Translations under genes and position numbers: made by a program | Shown here: one piece after another, positions 51,867 through 61,740 of the stretch | Layout: every line of letters begins with the position of its first letter | How positions within the stretch are numbered: position 1 is the first letter of the stretch | DNA from: Acidimicrobiia bacterium | GTDB lineage: Bacteria; Actinomycetota; Acidimicrobiia; Spongiisociales; ZC4RG35 | Reading direction: 5' to 3' | DNA length: 64,000 nt | Assembly (NCBI GenBank): GCA_036556085.1 | Contig: DATBKE010000116.1 | Location: forward strand, 2,209-66,208 | Notes under the pieces: generated by a model | The model's database searches: none | What the model saw: the letters and a program-made list of their open reading frames with translations, nothing else | What the model was told of the DNA's origin: nothing

Positions 51867-53618
51867 ATGGGATATAAGGCACCTCTCGAAGACATCGACT
51901 TCACCCTCAACCACGTTGTCGACCTGGCGGCCGTCGCCAAGCTCAACGGCTTCCAGCATGCCGATCCCGAGACCGTACGGGGAGTGCTGGAGGAGGCGGG
52001 ACGATTTTTCTCAGAGGTCATCGCCCCTTTGAACACCGTCGGCGACAAGCAGGGAAGCCGCCTCCAATCGGATGGAACCGTCAAGACCCCTGAGGGCTTT
52101 CGGGCCGCCTACGCCAAGTTCGTCGAAGCGGGCTGGGGCGGCGTCCATGTCGACGAGCGCTGGGGTGGCGGCGGCCTTCCCTACATCGTCGGGGTCGTTA
52201 TCCAGGAAATGTTCAAGTCCGCCAATATGGCCTTCTCGCTTTGTCCCCTCCTCACCCAAGCCGCCATCGAGGCGCTCAGCCAGCATGGATCCGAGAAGCA
52301 GCAAGCCACTTATCTGGAAAAGCTGGTCTCCGGCGAGTGGAGCGGAACGATGTGCCTCACCGAACCCCAAGCTGGCTCCGACGTCGGGGCACTGACCACC
52401 AGAGCCGAGCCCCAGGGCGACGGCACCTATCGCCTCTTCGGCCAAAAGATCTTCATCACGTGGGGTGAGCACGACCTCACCGAGAACATCGTCCATCTCG
52501 TCCTGGCCCGCACGCCCGATGCCGCCCCCGGCACCAAAGGGATCTCGCTCTTCCTGGTTCCCAAATTCATTCCCAACGCAGAAGGCGAACCCGGCGAGCG
52601 CAACGACCTCAAAGTGGTGTCGATCGAGCACAAGATGGGCATCCACGCCTCACCCACCTGCGTCCTCTCCTTCGGCGACGAGGGCAAGGGTGCTCTCGGA
52701 TTCCTGATCGGAGAAGAGCAATCGGGAATGCGATACATGTTCACGATGATGAACACGGCTCGGATCGGAGTCGGGATCGAAGGTCTTTCGATTACGGAAG
52801 CCGCTTATCAGAAGGCACTGGAATTCTCCCGGGTGCGAGTCCAGGGCCGGCCGGTGGGCGAACACGAGGACGCCGAGATCATCGAGCATCCCGATGTCCG
52901 GCGGATGCTTCTCACCATGCGTGCCTACAAAGAGGCCCTCCGCGGGGTTCTCTATTACAACGCCTATCAACTCGATCGCGAGCGCCACGGCGAGAGCGAA
53001 GAGGATCGGCAACGAGCAAGCGAACTGGTCGCGCTATTCACCCCCATCTCCAAGGCCTGGTCCACCGACGTCGGAGTCGAGATGGCCTCGATCGGAATCC
53101 AGGTTCACGGAGGCATGGGGTTCATCGAGGAGACCGGAGCCGCCCAGTTCTATCGCGACATCCGCATCGCCCCCATTTACGAGGGAACCAATGGCATCCA
53201 GGCCATCGATCTCGTCAGCCGCAAGCTCGGCATGCGCCAGGGCCAGGTTCTGTCCGAGTTGCTCGACGAGATCCAGCGGACTGCGGGCGAGTGTGGACCT
53301 GACCTCGCCGACCTCGCCGCCCCGTTGCTGGAGGCACTGACGGCGGCGCGCCAGGCCACTCAGCATCTCCTGGCGGTCGGCGATCCCAACGACGCCCTGG
53401 CAGGAGCAACTCCCTACTTGGAGATGTTGGGTTTGCTGCTGGGAGGTTGGGTTCACACCCTGTCGGCACTCTCGGCGTCGCAAAAGCCCGAGGACGACTT
53501 CATGCGGGGGCGGCTGGGCTTGGCGCGTTTCTATAACACGCAGATCCTCCCGAAGGCCGCGGCTCTCCTGCCGGCGGTCACCGCCCCTCAGACTCAACTG
53601 GCAGAGTCCTTCCTCTAA
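51867..53618 (+). CDS. long-type acyl-CoA dehydrogenase (FadE5-like)
   Basis: 583 aa. MGYKAPLEDIDFTLNHV... N-terminal extension, LTEPQAGSD motif, C-terminal helical domain. Confidence 0.9.
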   Translation: MGYKAPLEDIDFTLNHVVDLAAVAKLNGFQHADPETVRGVLEEAGRFFSEVIAPLNTVGDKQGSRLQSDGTVKTPEGFRAAYAKFVEAGWGGVHVDERWGGGGLPYIVGVVIQEMFKSANMAFSLCPLLTQAAIEALSQHGSEKQQATYLEKLVSGEWSGTMCLTEPQAGSDVGALTTRAEPQGDGTYRLFGQKIFITWGEHDLTENIVHLVLARTPDAAPGTKGISLFLVPKFIPNAEGEPGERNDLKVVSIEHKMGIHASPTCVLSFGDEGKGALGFLIGEEQSGMRYMFTMMNTARIGVGIEGLSITEAAYQKALEFSRVRVQGRPVGEHEDAEIIEHPDVRRMLLTMRAYKEALRGVLYYNAYQLDRERHGESEEDRQRASELVALFTPISKAWSTDVGVEMASIGIQVHGGMGFIEETGAAQFYRDIRIAPIYEGTNGIQAIDLVSRKLGMRQGQVLSELLDEIQRTAGECGPDLADLAAPLLEALTAARQATQHLLAVGDPNDALAGATPYLEMLGLLLGGWVHTLSALSASQKPEDDFMRGRLGLARFYNTQILPKAAALLPAVTAPQTQLAESFL

Positions 53619-53621
53619 TCC

Positions 53622-54389
53622 ATGGACATCGCCGGCAAGGTGGCGGTGGTAACTGGGGCAGGGAGCGGGATCGGAGCCGCCTTGACCCGATCATTCTCCG
53701 GCAACGGGGCCAAGGTGATGGCCGCCGACATCGACCTCGGCCGGGCAGCTGAGATCGCCAGCGAAACCGGGGCTTACCCGATTGGGGTCGATGTTTCCCA
53801 GGAGGAAGACAACATCCGTCTCATCGAGGAGACGGAAGCCCAGCTGGGGCCGATCGACCTCTTCTGCGCCAATGCCGGTATCGCGTACGAAGGTTCCGAG
53901 CAGAGCCCAGACGAGGAGTGGGAGCGGATGTGGCGGGTGAACTTTCTCTCCCATGTCTACGCCGCCCGCCACCTCTTCCCCCGCTGGCAGGAGCGAGGCG
54001 CCGGCTATTTTCTCGTGACCGCGTCGGCGGCAGGCCTCCTGACCAACATCGGCGCCGCCCAATACTCGGTGACCAAGCACGCTGCTGTGGCCCTGGCCGA
54101 ATGGCTGGCGGTTACCTACGGCGACGATGGGATCAAGGTTTCCTGTCTTTGCCCGCAAGGGGTTCTGACCCCGATCCTGGAGCAGGAGGGCGAGACCAGC
54201 GAGTACCTGCGGGCATCGGCCATCACGCCCGAGGCTGTGGCGGAGTCGGTTGTGGAGGGCCTGGCTGCGGAGCGCTTCCTCATCCTGCCTCATCCGGAGG
54301 TGGCCGGCTACGAGCAGCGCCGGGCGGAGGACCGCGACGGCTGGCTCGAAGCAATGCGCCGGCTCCGGCGTAACCTTCGCGGGCGATGA
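53622..54389 (+). CDS. SDR-family oxidoreductase
   Basis: 255 aa with VAVVTGAGSGIGAAL and YSVTKHA catalytic motifs. Confidence 0.9.
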   Translation: MDIAGKVAVVTGAGSGIGAALTRSFSGNGAKVMAADIDLGRAAEIASETGAYPIGVDVSQEEDNIRLIEETEAQLGPIDLFCANAGIAYEGSEQSPDEEWERMWRVNFLSHVYAARHLFPRWQERGAGYFLVTASAAGLLTNIGAAQYSVTKHAAVALAEWLAVTYGDDGIKVSCLCPQGVLTPILEQEGETSEYLRASAITPEAVAESVVEGLAAERFLILPHPEVAGYEQRRAEDRDGWLEAMRRLRRNLRGR

Positions 54390-55552
54390 ACAAGCGGCGA
54401 GTAGCCATCACCGGGGTCGGAATCGTCAGCCAGCCGGGGATCGGAGTCGCTGACTTCTGGAAGGGACTCCAGACCGAACCCGTTCCAGGCCAGCATCACG
54501 AGATCACCAACTGGGATCCGGAGCAATGGATGCCGCGCAAGGAAGCCCGTCGCGTTGATCGGTTCGCCCAGATGGCCCTCGTGGCGACAGAAGAGGCGAT
54601 GAAGCAAGCGGGTTCCTTGACCGCCACCACCGATCGGATCGCGGTGGCGATTGCCAGCGGGATCGGAGGCTTGGCAGCTCTGGAGGAACTTGTCGAAAGC
54701 TCCTACGACCCGGAGCGTCGTCCTTCCCCGTTGTTGATACCGATGATGATGTGCAACGCCGCCGCCGCCGCAGTTTCGATCAAGTACGGATTCGGCGGTC
54801 CGGTGACCACTCAGGTGGTGGCCTGTGCCGCCGGAGCTCAAGCGATCACCGACGCCCTCCGCACCGTGCAATGGGGCTACGCCGACGCCGCCATCGCCGG
54901 TGGCTGCGAAGCCGCCGTTCGCCAGCCCGCCGTCGCTGGCTTTCTCTCTTCGAAGGCGATGTCACCAACTACCACCGCCCGACCTTTCTCAGTCGACCGT
55001 GACGGAATGGTCCTCGGAGAGGGCGCCGGCATCTTTGTCATCGAGGAATGGGAGATGGCGCATGCCCGCGGGGCCGCGATTCTGGCCGAGCTCGCCGGCG
55101 CCTCGGCCACCGGCGATGCTCACCATCTCACGGCCCCACATCCCGAAGGGGAGGGAGCCGAGCGCGCCATCCGCTTGGCCCTGGCCGACGCCGGTCTCGA
55201 AACTGCTGATGTGGGATATGTCAACGCCCATGGCACCGGAACCGATCTCAACGACCGGACCGAAGGAGCGGTGATCTCCAGAGTCTTCGACCCCCAACCA
55301 CCGGTGTCCTCGATCAAAGGCAGCACCGGACACGCCTTAGGGGCGAGTGGGGCCATCGAAGCGGTGGCTTCGGTCCTTGCTATCACCAACCGCGAGCTGC
55401 CGCCCAACCTCGGTATGACCCGTCAGGATCCTGAGATCCCGCTGACCGACATCGTCACCGAGCCGAGACGGTTTGATCCCGCCCCGGTGATCACCAACTC
55501 CTTCGGCTTCGGCGGCCACAACAGCGTCCTCGTTATCTCGCCGCCGTCGTAA
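54386..55552 (+). CDS. beta-ketoacyl synthase family protein (KAS II-like, short)
   Basis: 388 aa. VAITGVGIVS, active-site Cys in VVACAAGAQ, NAHGTGT, GHALGASG. ATGA overlap with the SDR gene. Confidence 0.85.
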   Translation: MNKRRVAITGVGIVSQPGIGVADFWKGLQTEPVPGQHHEITNWDPEQWMPRKEARRVDRFAQMALVATEEAMKQAGSLTATTDRIAVAIASGIGGLAALEELVESSYDPERRPSPLLIPMMMCNAAAAAVSIKYGFGGPVTTQVVACAAGAQAITDALRTVQWGYADAAIAGGCEAAVRQPAVAGFLSSKAMSPTTTARPFSVDRDGMVLGEGAGIFVIEEWEMAHARGAAILAELAGASATGDAHHLTAPHPEGEGAERAIRLALADAGLETADVGYVNAHGTGTDLNDRTEGAVISRVFDPQPPVSSIKGSTGHALGASGAIEAVASVLAITNRELPPNLGMTRQDPEIPLTDIVTEPRRFDPAPVITNSFGFGGHNSVLVISPPS

Positions 55553-55557
55553 CCTGA

Positions 55558-55648
55558 GAACACACACGGGAGCCCCACCTGGGGCTGAGAGGGAGAACCA
55601 CTCCGACCGTAGAAACCTGATCCGGATAATGCCGGCGTAGGGAGGAGA
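55558..55648 (+). promoter_or_regulatory. TPP (THI-box) riboswitch
   Basis: GGGAGCCCCACCTGGGGCTGAGAGGG...ACCTGATCCGGATAATGCCGGCGTAGGGAGGAG contains the CTGAGA and ACCTGATC-GGATAATGCC-GCG cores. The 3' end overlaps the SD (GGGAGGAG) of the thiamine SBP gene. Confidence 0.9.
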
Positions 55649-55651
55649 TCG

Positions 55652-56611
55652 ATGAAGCGACTAGTGCTGTTGGTGGTCTGGGCGGCGACCGCTTTCGGGT
55701 GCGCATCCGACGAACCGGTGACCCTCACTTTGATCTCTCACGACTCCTTCGCCGATGCGGTGACCGAGGAGACCTTCGCCGCTTTCACCTCCGAGACAGG
55801 TGTGGCGGTGGAGGTGCTGGCGGCTGGAGACACCGGAGCCATGGTCAACCAAGCGATCCTCACCAAGGACAACCCGTTGGCCGACCTGCTCTTTGGCGTC
55901 GATGACACGTTCTTGCAGCGCGCGGTCGACGCAGAGATTTTCGGCGGCGAGGTCAGTGCGATTGACTACGGCGACGTCTGCATCAACTACGACCGCGAGG
56001 CGTTTACGACCAGCCCGCCGCCAGAAACGCTCGACGACCTCACCGCCCATGCCAACCAGCTCGTAGTGGAGGACCCGTCGCTCTCCTCACCGGGCCTGGC
56101 ATTCCTGCTCTCGACGATCGACCGCTATGGAGAGGGTTGGGTCGACTACTGGACTACCTTGCGCGACAACGGTGTGCTGGTCGCCCCGGGGTGGTCGGAG
56201 GCCTACTACGGCGAATTTTCGGGCGGGGCCGGAGAAGGTGACCGGCCCCTCGTGGTTTCCTATGCGTCGTCTCCCCCGGCGGAAGTGATCTTTGCCGATC
56301 CTCCGGTGGAAGAACCGCCGACGGCGGTTATGACAGACGGCTGCTACCGACAGACCGAATTCGCCGGAGTCCTGGCCGGGACCGACCACCCTGATGAGGC
56401 AGCAGCGTTGATCGACTTCATGCTCAGCGTGCCATTCCAGGAAACCATTCCGCTCACCTGGTTCGTCTACCCGATCAACAAGGAGGCCGCGTTGCCTCCG
56501 GCATTTGTCGAGAACACGGCGGTGCCGAGCGACCCGGTGCAGATGGATCCGGCCACGATCGATGAGAATCGCGAGCAATGGCTGGAAGAGTGGTCCGAAA
56601 TCTTCGGATAG
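55652..56611 (+). CDS. thiB: thiamine ABC transporter substrate-binding lipoprotein
   Basis: 319 aa with lipobox LVVWAATAFGCAS. TbpA-like pattern (LISHDSF...) and the preceding TPP riboswitch. Confidence 0.85.
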   Translation: MKRLVLLVVWAATAFGCASDEPVTLTLISHDSFADAVTEETFAAFTSETGVAVEVLAAGDTGAMVNQAILTKDNPLADLLFGVDDTFLQRAVDAEIFGGEVSAIDYGDVCINYDREAFTTSPPPETLDDLTAHANQLVVEDPSLSSPGLAFLLSTIDRYGEGWVDYWTTLRDNGVLVAPGWSEAYYGEFSGGAGEGDRPLVVSYASSPPAEVIFADPPVEEPPTAVMTDGCYRQTEFAGVLAGTDHPDEAAALIDFMLSVPFQETIPLTWFVYPINKEAALPPAFVENTAVPSDPVQMDPATIDENREQWLEEWSEIFG

Positions 56612-58119
56612 CGCTCCTCTGGGGGCTACCGCTCCTCTTCATTGGCTATCTCTTCGTTTATCCGCTGACGCGGATTCTGGCCGAGTCGCTCACCGGTGAG
56701 GGCTTCGCCCAAGTCCTCGATCGGGAGCGATTTCGCAACGCCGCCTGGTTCACCGTGTGGCAAGCGGTGGTCTCGACTGTTCTCACCCTGATCGCCAGCC
56801 TCCCACTCACCTGGGCGATATCGCGTTTCAACTTCAGAGGCAAGCAACTCGTTCGCGCATTGGTCACCATCCCCTTCGTTCTTCCGTCGGTGGTGGTGGC
56901 AGCGAGCTTTCTCGATCTGCTGCCGCCCGGAGTGGTCGCCATCCTCGCCGCTCACGTGTTCTACAACGTGGCGGTTGTGGTCCGCACCGTTGGCGGCGTG
57001 TGGAGCAGGATCGATCCCCGAGTGGAGGATGCCGCCGCCACCTTGGGGGCATCACCGTGGCGAGTCTTCCGCTCCGTGACCCTGCCGCTCCTTCGACCCG
57101 CTCTTGCCTCTGCCGCCGCCATCGTTTTCCTGTTTTGTTTCGCCTCCTTCGGCACGGTTCTTATCTTGGGCGGGGGGCGAATTCGAACGATCGAGGTCGA
57201 GATCTACCAGCAAGCGGTGACCTTTCTCAACCTTCCGGTGGCAGGCGCGCTCGCCGTTCTGCAACTGGTCTTCGTGCTGACGGCGCTGGTGGTGGCCAAC
57301 CGGCTGCAGCGCCGGATCGGTGTCGACTTGGCGGCCGAAGTCACCCTCCCGCCCCCCGGCCCTCGACATCGGCTCGCCGTCGCAGCTTCAGTACTCATCA
57401 CGCTGGGTTTTCTGGCAGTGCCCCTGGCATCGCTGGTGAGCAGCTCGATCAGCCGCCGCGGCTGGAGCGGACTGGCGGGCAACGCCGCCAGTGCTCTCAG
57501 CCCCGGGCAGGCGATCGGCAACTCGCTCCTCTACGCGGCGATCGCCACGATCATCGCTACCGGAGTCGGGTTGGCGGCGGCGCGGATAATCGAAAGGCGA
57601 GGGGGAGGATGGCTCGACACCGCTCTCATGCTCCCACTGGGGGTGTCGGCGGTCACGATTGGATTTGGCTTCCTCCTCGCCCTCGACCAACCCTTTGACT
57701 TGCGCGGGTCGTTCATCCTGGTGCCCTTGGCTCACGCGTTGGTGGCAACACCCCTCGTCGTGAGGGCGGCGCTCCCTCTCCTCCGATCGATCAGACCCGA
57801 GCTGCGAGAAGCAGCCCGGGTGCTGGGCGCCTCCCCGGCCCTCGTGTGGAAGGAGATCGACTTTCCGATCATCGCCCGGGCCTTGGCAGTGGGGGCAGGC
57901 CTGGCGGCGGTGGTTTCTCTCGGCGAGTTCGGTGCCACGTCCTTCGTCGCCCGACCCGCGAGTGTCACCGTGCCGACGCTGATCTTCCGCTTGCTCGGCC
58001 GCCCGGGGACATCTTCTTTTGGAACTGCGATGGCCCTGGCGGTGATCCTGGCGGCGATGACCGCCTCGCTGGTGTTGTTGATCGATCGCCTCCGGGGTAG
58101 CGAGGCGGGGACCTTTTGA
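56578..58119 (+). CDS. thiP: thiamine ABC transporter permease (duplicated permease domain)
   Basis: 513 aa with two EAA loops (DAAATLGASPWRVFRSVTLP and EAARVLGASPALVWKEIDFP). Start may be GTG 56590. Confidence 0.85.
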   Translation: MAGRVVRNLRIALLWGLPLLFIGYLFVYPLTRILAESLTGEGFAQVLDRERFRNAAWFTVWQAVVSTVLTLIASLPLTWAISRFNFRGKQLVRALVTIPFVLPSVVVAASFLDLLPPGVVAILAAHVFYNVAVVVRTVGGVWSRIDPRVEDAAATLGASPWRVFRSVTLPLLRPALASAAAIVFLFCFASFGTVLILGGGRIRTIEVEIYQQAVTFLNLPVAGALAVLQLVFVLTALVVANRLQRRIGVDLAAEVTLPPPGPRHRLAVAASVLITLGFLAVPLASLVSSSISRRGWSGLAGNAASALSPGQAIGNSLLYAAIATIIATGVGLAAARIIERRGGGWLDTALMLPLGVSAVTIGFGFLLALDQPFDLRGSFILVPLAHALVATPLVVRAALPLLRSIRPELREAARVLGASPALVWKEIDFPIIARALAVGAGLAAVVSLGEFGATSFVARPASVTVPTLIFRLLGRPGTSSFGTAMALAVILAAMTASLVLLIDRLRGSEAGTF

Positions 58120-58826
58120 TGCTCTCGGTCAGAGACGTCTCGGTCGAATTCGGAGCCAAGGTCGCCCTTGATCGGGTCTCACTCGACCTCGGACAGGCTG
58201 AGATTCTTGCCCTTTTGGGCCCGTCGGGCTCGGGGAAGTCGACCCTGCTTCGGGCCATCGCCGGCCTTGAGGAAATCACCACCGGAACGATCACCTTCGA
58301 AGAGGAGGACTTGGCTGGCGTTCCCACTCACTTGCGCGGTTTCGGCCTCATGTTTCAGACCTATGCCCTCTTTCCGCACCTCACCGTCGCCGGCAACGTC
58401 GCCTTCGGCCTGCGGATGGCCAATCTGGAACCGGCTTCGATCAAGTCCCGGGTCAGTGAGGTGCTCGAGTGGGTGGGTCTGAGCGAACTCGCTAGTCGAC
58501 GAATCGAGCGCTTGTCGGGCGGGGAGATGCAGCGGGTGGCGCTGGCCCGGACCCTTGCTCCCAATCCCCGGCTGGTGATGCTCGACGAGCCGGTAGGCGC
58601 TCTCGATCGGCGACTGCGGGAGCGACTGGTGGAGGACATGGCCGACTCGTTGCGAGAGACAAAGCTGGGAGTGATCTACGTCACTCATGATCACGATGAG
58701 GCGCGGGTAATCGCCGATCGAGTGGCGTTGATGAACAACGGTCGTATCGTCCAGACGGGGACCTATCAGGAAATTGCCGAACGCCCTGCCGACGCCTGGG
58801 TGGCCGACTTCGTCGCCTCCTCCTAG
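58116..58826 (+). CDS. thiQ: thiamine ABC transporter ATP-binding protein
   Basis: 236 aa with Walker A GPSGSGKST, signature LSGGEMQR and Walker B VMLDEP. ATGA-type overlap with thiP. Confidence 0.85.
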   Translation: MMLSVRDVSVEFGAKVALDRVSLDLGQAEILALLGPSGSGKSTLLRAIAGLEEITTGTITFEEEDLAGVPTHLRGFGLMFQTYALFPHLTVAGNVAFGLRMANLEPASIKSRVSEVLEWVGLSELASRRIERLSGGEMQRVALARTLAPNPRLVMLDEPVGALDRRLRERLVEDMADSLRETKLGVIYVTHDHDEARVIADRVALMNNGRIVQTGTYQEIAERPADAWVADFVASS

Positions 58827-59215
58827 ATCGCCCCCATCGCTTCGGCAAAACCAGGAGGCGGCCGGCTCAGCTTTCCTTCCCGATTGGTGAAGGCCGCCCG
58901 CAAGTCGAGGCTGGCGATGAGCTGATCCTGGCGGCGGATCTCCTGGGACCAGCGCGAGCTGGCGCGTGACACCTCTGTGACCTTGGTCTCAATCACCAGA
59001 TCCTCATGCAAGGTTGCCGAGGCGAAGAAGCGAGCGGTCAACTCGACGAGAACGATCTGGAACCCTGCCTCTCCCATCACGTCGAGCCCAAAGCCCACCG
59101 CCGCCAACGCCTCCACGCGGGCCGCCTCGAAGTATTGGAGGTAGGCCGTGTGGTTGACGTGGTTGTAAGGGTCGAGTTCGTAAAAGCGCGGGCGGATCGA
59201 AAACCGGTGAGCCAC
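58823..59215 (-). CDS. acyl-CoA thioesterase (4HBT/YbgC-like hotdog fold)
   Basis: 130 aa: RPRFYELDPYNHVNHTAYLQYFEAAR. Confidence 0.85.
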   Translation of the reverse strand: MAHRFSIRPRFYELDPYNHVNHTAYLQYFEAARVEALAAVGFGLDVMGEAGFQIVLVELTARFFASATLHEDLVIETKVTEVSRASSRWSQEIRRQDQLIASLDLRAAFTNREGKLSRPPPGFAEAMGAI

Positions 59216-59234
59216 CGGCCGACATTAGGTCGGG

Positions 59235-59597
59235 CTAATCGTGTCGAGCGATGCAGAACTCGTTGCCATCGGGATCGGCCATCACCCTCCAATGAAAGCC
59301 CCCAATGTCATGGTCCTCGACCTGGCTGCCGCCCAGTTCGAGAATTCTTGCCGAGGCGGCGTCGATGTCTTTGACACTGGTGTCGAGGTGGAGGCGACGT
59401 CGGCCGGGAGTTGGATCGGCGACCCTTTGAAACGCGATCGAGTAGCCACCCTGGCGCTGGCGACGGAGCCAGATGAAACCGTCGGTGCGATGTCCGACCT
59501 CTACACCGAGAAGCTGTGACCAGAAGGAAGCCAGCTTCTCCTCATCAGTCGTGTTGATGACGACCGAGGTCACCTCGACCACTGCCTCGTCAGTCAT
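59235..59597 (-). CDS. VOC/glyoxalase-like domain protein
   Basis: 120 aa: VVINTTDEEKLASFWSQLLG...LHLDTSV...DPDGNEFCI. Internal GTG starts are also possible. Confidence 0.75.
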   Translation of the reverse strand: MTDEAVVEVTSVVINTTDEEKLASFWSQLLGVEVGHRTDGFIWLRRQRQGGYSIAFQRVADPTPGRRRLHLDTSVKDIDAASARILELGGSQVEDHDIGGFHWRVMADPDGNEFCIARHD

Positions 59598-59619
59598 GCG
59601 ATCCTCCTACTCTCGCCAG

Positions 59620-60639
59620 GTGCGCGCCTGGCTTCTCCACGACACCACCGGTATAGATGCCCTTGGCCTCGAAGACGTGCCAACCCCCGAGCCTGGTCCA
59701 GGACAGGCCCGAGTTCGGCTGAAGGTAGCTGGTCTCAATCATCTCGATGTTTGGGTGTCGATGGGACTTCCGAAGCCGAAATCACTCCCTCACATCTTGG
59801 GCGGAGACGGCGCGGGGATCATCGAAGCCCTCGGCCCGGGAGTGAGCGGATGGAAGGTGGGCGATGAAGTTGTCATCAATCCCTCGCTCTCCTGTGGCGA
59901 GTGCGAGTTCTGTCGCGCTGACAACATGGTCTTTTGTCGCCAGTACTCGATCCTGGGCGAGGTGGAGCCGGGCACTCTCGCCGAGCAGATCGTTGTTCCC
60001 GTCGCCAGCCTGATCGCCAAGCCGGCGGGGCTCAGTTGGGAGGTGGCAGGCACCTTCGGACTGGCCACCTCGACGGCTTATCGAATGCTCGCTCGGGCCG
60101 AAATCAAGGCGGGAGAGACCGCGCTGGTGGTAGGAGTGGGGGGCGGAGTTTCCTCGGCGGCGGCCCTCATTGCGCTGGCGATGGGGGCGCGGGTTCTGGT
60201 GACTTCGCGAGATCAGAAGAAGATCGCCTGGGCGATGGAGCACGGCGCAGATGCGGGCTTCGACTCCGGTTCGTCCTTCTCCGTCAATGTCAAGGAGGCG
60301 ACCGGCCGGGGTGCCGACGTGGTGGTGGAGAACGTCGGCAAGGCGACCTGGGACCAATCGTTTCGCTCGCTGGCGCCCGGGGGTCGAATGGTGATCTGCG
60401 GGGCAACGGCCGGAAACAGGGTGGAACTGGCGCTTCCCGTCGTCTGGTTCAAGCAGCTGAAGATCATCGGCTCCACCATGGCCAATCGTTCGGAATTCGA
60501 GGCCGCGCTAGATCTCGTCGCTAGCGGTCGGGTGCAGCTTCCAATCGATCAGATCTTCCCCTTCGAAGAACTCCCGGCCGCCATGGAGCGTATTGATAAA
60601 GGTGAGCAGCTGGGCAAGGTCGGCATAAGAGTCTCCTGA
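59620..60639 (+). CDS. zinc-type alcohol dehydrogenase / quinone oxidoreductase (MDR family)
   Basis: GTG 59620 gives (M)RAWLLHDTTGIDALGLEDVPTPEPGPGQARVRL... GVGGGVSSAA Rossmann motif. The track ORF's longer N-terminus overlaps the divergent VOC gene. Confidence 0.85.
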   Translation: MRAWLLHDTTGIDALGLEDVPTPEPGPGQARVRLKVAGLNHLDVWVSMGLPKPKSLPHILGGDGAGIIEALGPGVSGWKVGDEVVINPSLSCGECEFCRADNMVFCRQYSILGEVEPGTLAEQIVVPVASLIAKPAGLSWEVAGTFGLATSTAYRMLARAEIKAGETALVVGVGGGVSSAAALIALAMGARVLVTSRDQKKIAWAMEHGADAGFDSGSSFSVNVKEATGRGADVVVENVGKATWDQSFRSLAPGGRMVICGATAGNRVELALPVVWFKQLKIIGSTMANRSEFEAALDLVASGRVQLPIDQIFPFEELPAAMERIDKGEQLGKVGIRVS

Positions 60640-61451
60640 TGGCCGACTTCCTTCGAGTCAATCGCCGGCTCTTCCTCGCCACTTTGGGCAAAGGATCCAT
60701 GGCCCTGGTCGTCTTCGGCGCCTGCGGCGATACCGGTGGCTCTGGGAGAACTCCGTCGACATCATCCGCAGTGCCCTCGACGACGGCTGGCGGCACGACC
60801 AGCTCTCCAGCTACTACTTCACCTGCCACGAGCTCAGCCTCTTCGACGACGTCACCTGCCGCTGACGCTCAATTCCAGCGCGTCAATCTGGGCTTCGTCT
60901 CGGCCTACATCGTTGTGCGCGGAAGCGAGGCGGCAATAGTCGACACCGGTGTCTCCGGAAGTGAGGGCGATATCGAGGCGGCGCTGGGAGAGGTGGGTCT
61001 GGGTTGGGAACAGGTTGGCCATGTCATCCTGACCCATCGACATCCCGACCACCAGGGAAGCACTCCGGCGGTGCTGGATGCAGCCAGCGGAGCGACTGGC
61101 TATGCCGGTGAAGGAGACCTCGACAGCATTACTGCTCCTCGCCAGCTCACCGCCGTGGTCGATGGTGACAATGTCTTTGGTCTCGACGTGGTCAGTACTC
61201 CCGGCCACACCGCCGGACATATCTGCCTGCTCGATCCGGTGGCCGGGGTATTGGTGGCAGGCGATGCATTGGTAGGTGCCGCGGGAGGCGTCGCGGCCCC
61301 CGATCCACAGTTCAGCTCCGACCATGACGAGGCGCTGCGATCGGTTGAGAAACTCGCCGGATTGGCGTACGAGCAGATTCTTTTTGGCCACGGCGATCCG
61401 GTGACGTCTGGCGGCTCGGGGTTGGTCGTCAACCTGGCCGCCGGCCTCTAG
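60639..61451 (+). CDS. MBL-fold metallo-hydrolase, Tat-signal lipoprotein
   Basis: 270 aa. Twin-arginine VNRRLFLATLG, lipobox VFGACGD, Ser/Thr/Pro linker, THRHPDHQG (HxHxDH). Confidence 0.85.
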   Translation: MADFLRVNRRLFLATLGKGSMALVVFGACGDTGGSGRTPSTSSAVPSTTAGGTTSSPATTSPATSSASSTTSPAADAQFQRVNLGFVSAYIVVRGSEAAIVDTGVSGSEGDIEAALGEVGLGWEQVGHVILTHRHPDHQGSTPAVLDAASGATGYAGEGDLDSITAPRQLTAVVDGDNVFGLDVVSTPGHTAGHICLLDPVAGVLVAGDALVGAAGGVAAPDPQFSSDHDEALRSVEKLAGLAYEQILFGHGDPVTSGGSGLVVNLAAGL

Positions 61452-61500
61452 TACTGCCCCTCCTATACTTTCCCGCCGCAAGGAGAGCCGGTCCCTGTTC

Positions 61501-61576
61501 GGGGGTGTGGTGAAGCTTGGCCGTTCACGCCGGCCTGTCAAGCCGGAGGTCGCGGGTTCGAATCCCGTCATCCCCG
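61501..61576 (+). tRNA. tRNA-Asp (anticodon GTC)
   Basis: Hand fold: acceptor GGGGGTG/CATCCCC (one G-T pair), D stem GTGA/TCAC, anticodon stem CCGGC/GCCGG with loop CTGTCAA, T arm GCGGG-TTCGAAT-CCCGT, discriminator G. Confidence 0.9.
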
Positions 61577-61605
61577 CTAACCCAGATGATGACTTGCTCT
61601 CCTTT

Positions 61606-61678
61606 GGCCAGGTAGCTCAGTTGGGAGAGCGACGGTCTGAAAAACCGTAGGTCGGCAGTTCGATCCTGCCCCTGGCCA
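61606..61678 (+). tRNA. tRNA-Phe (anticodon GAA)
   Basis: Acceptor GGCCAGG/CCTGGCC, D arm GCTC-AGTTGGGA-GAGC, anticodon stem ACGGT/ACCGT with loop CTGAAAA, T arm GGCAG-TTCGATC-CTGCC, discriminator A. Confidence 0.95.
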
Positions 61679-61740
61679 CCCAAATACCCTCGATGGCCGA
61701 CCTAGCCCAAGAAGCGATTGGGGGCGGGCAAGGAATCGCC

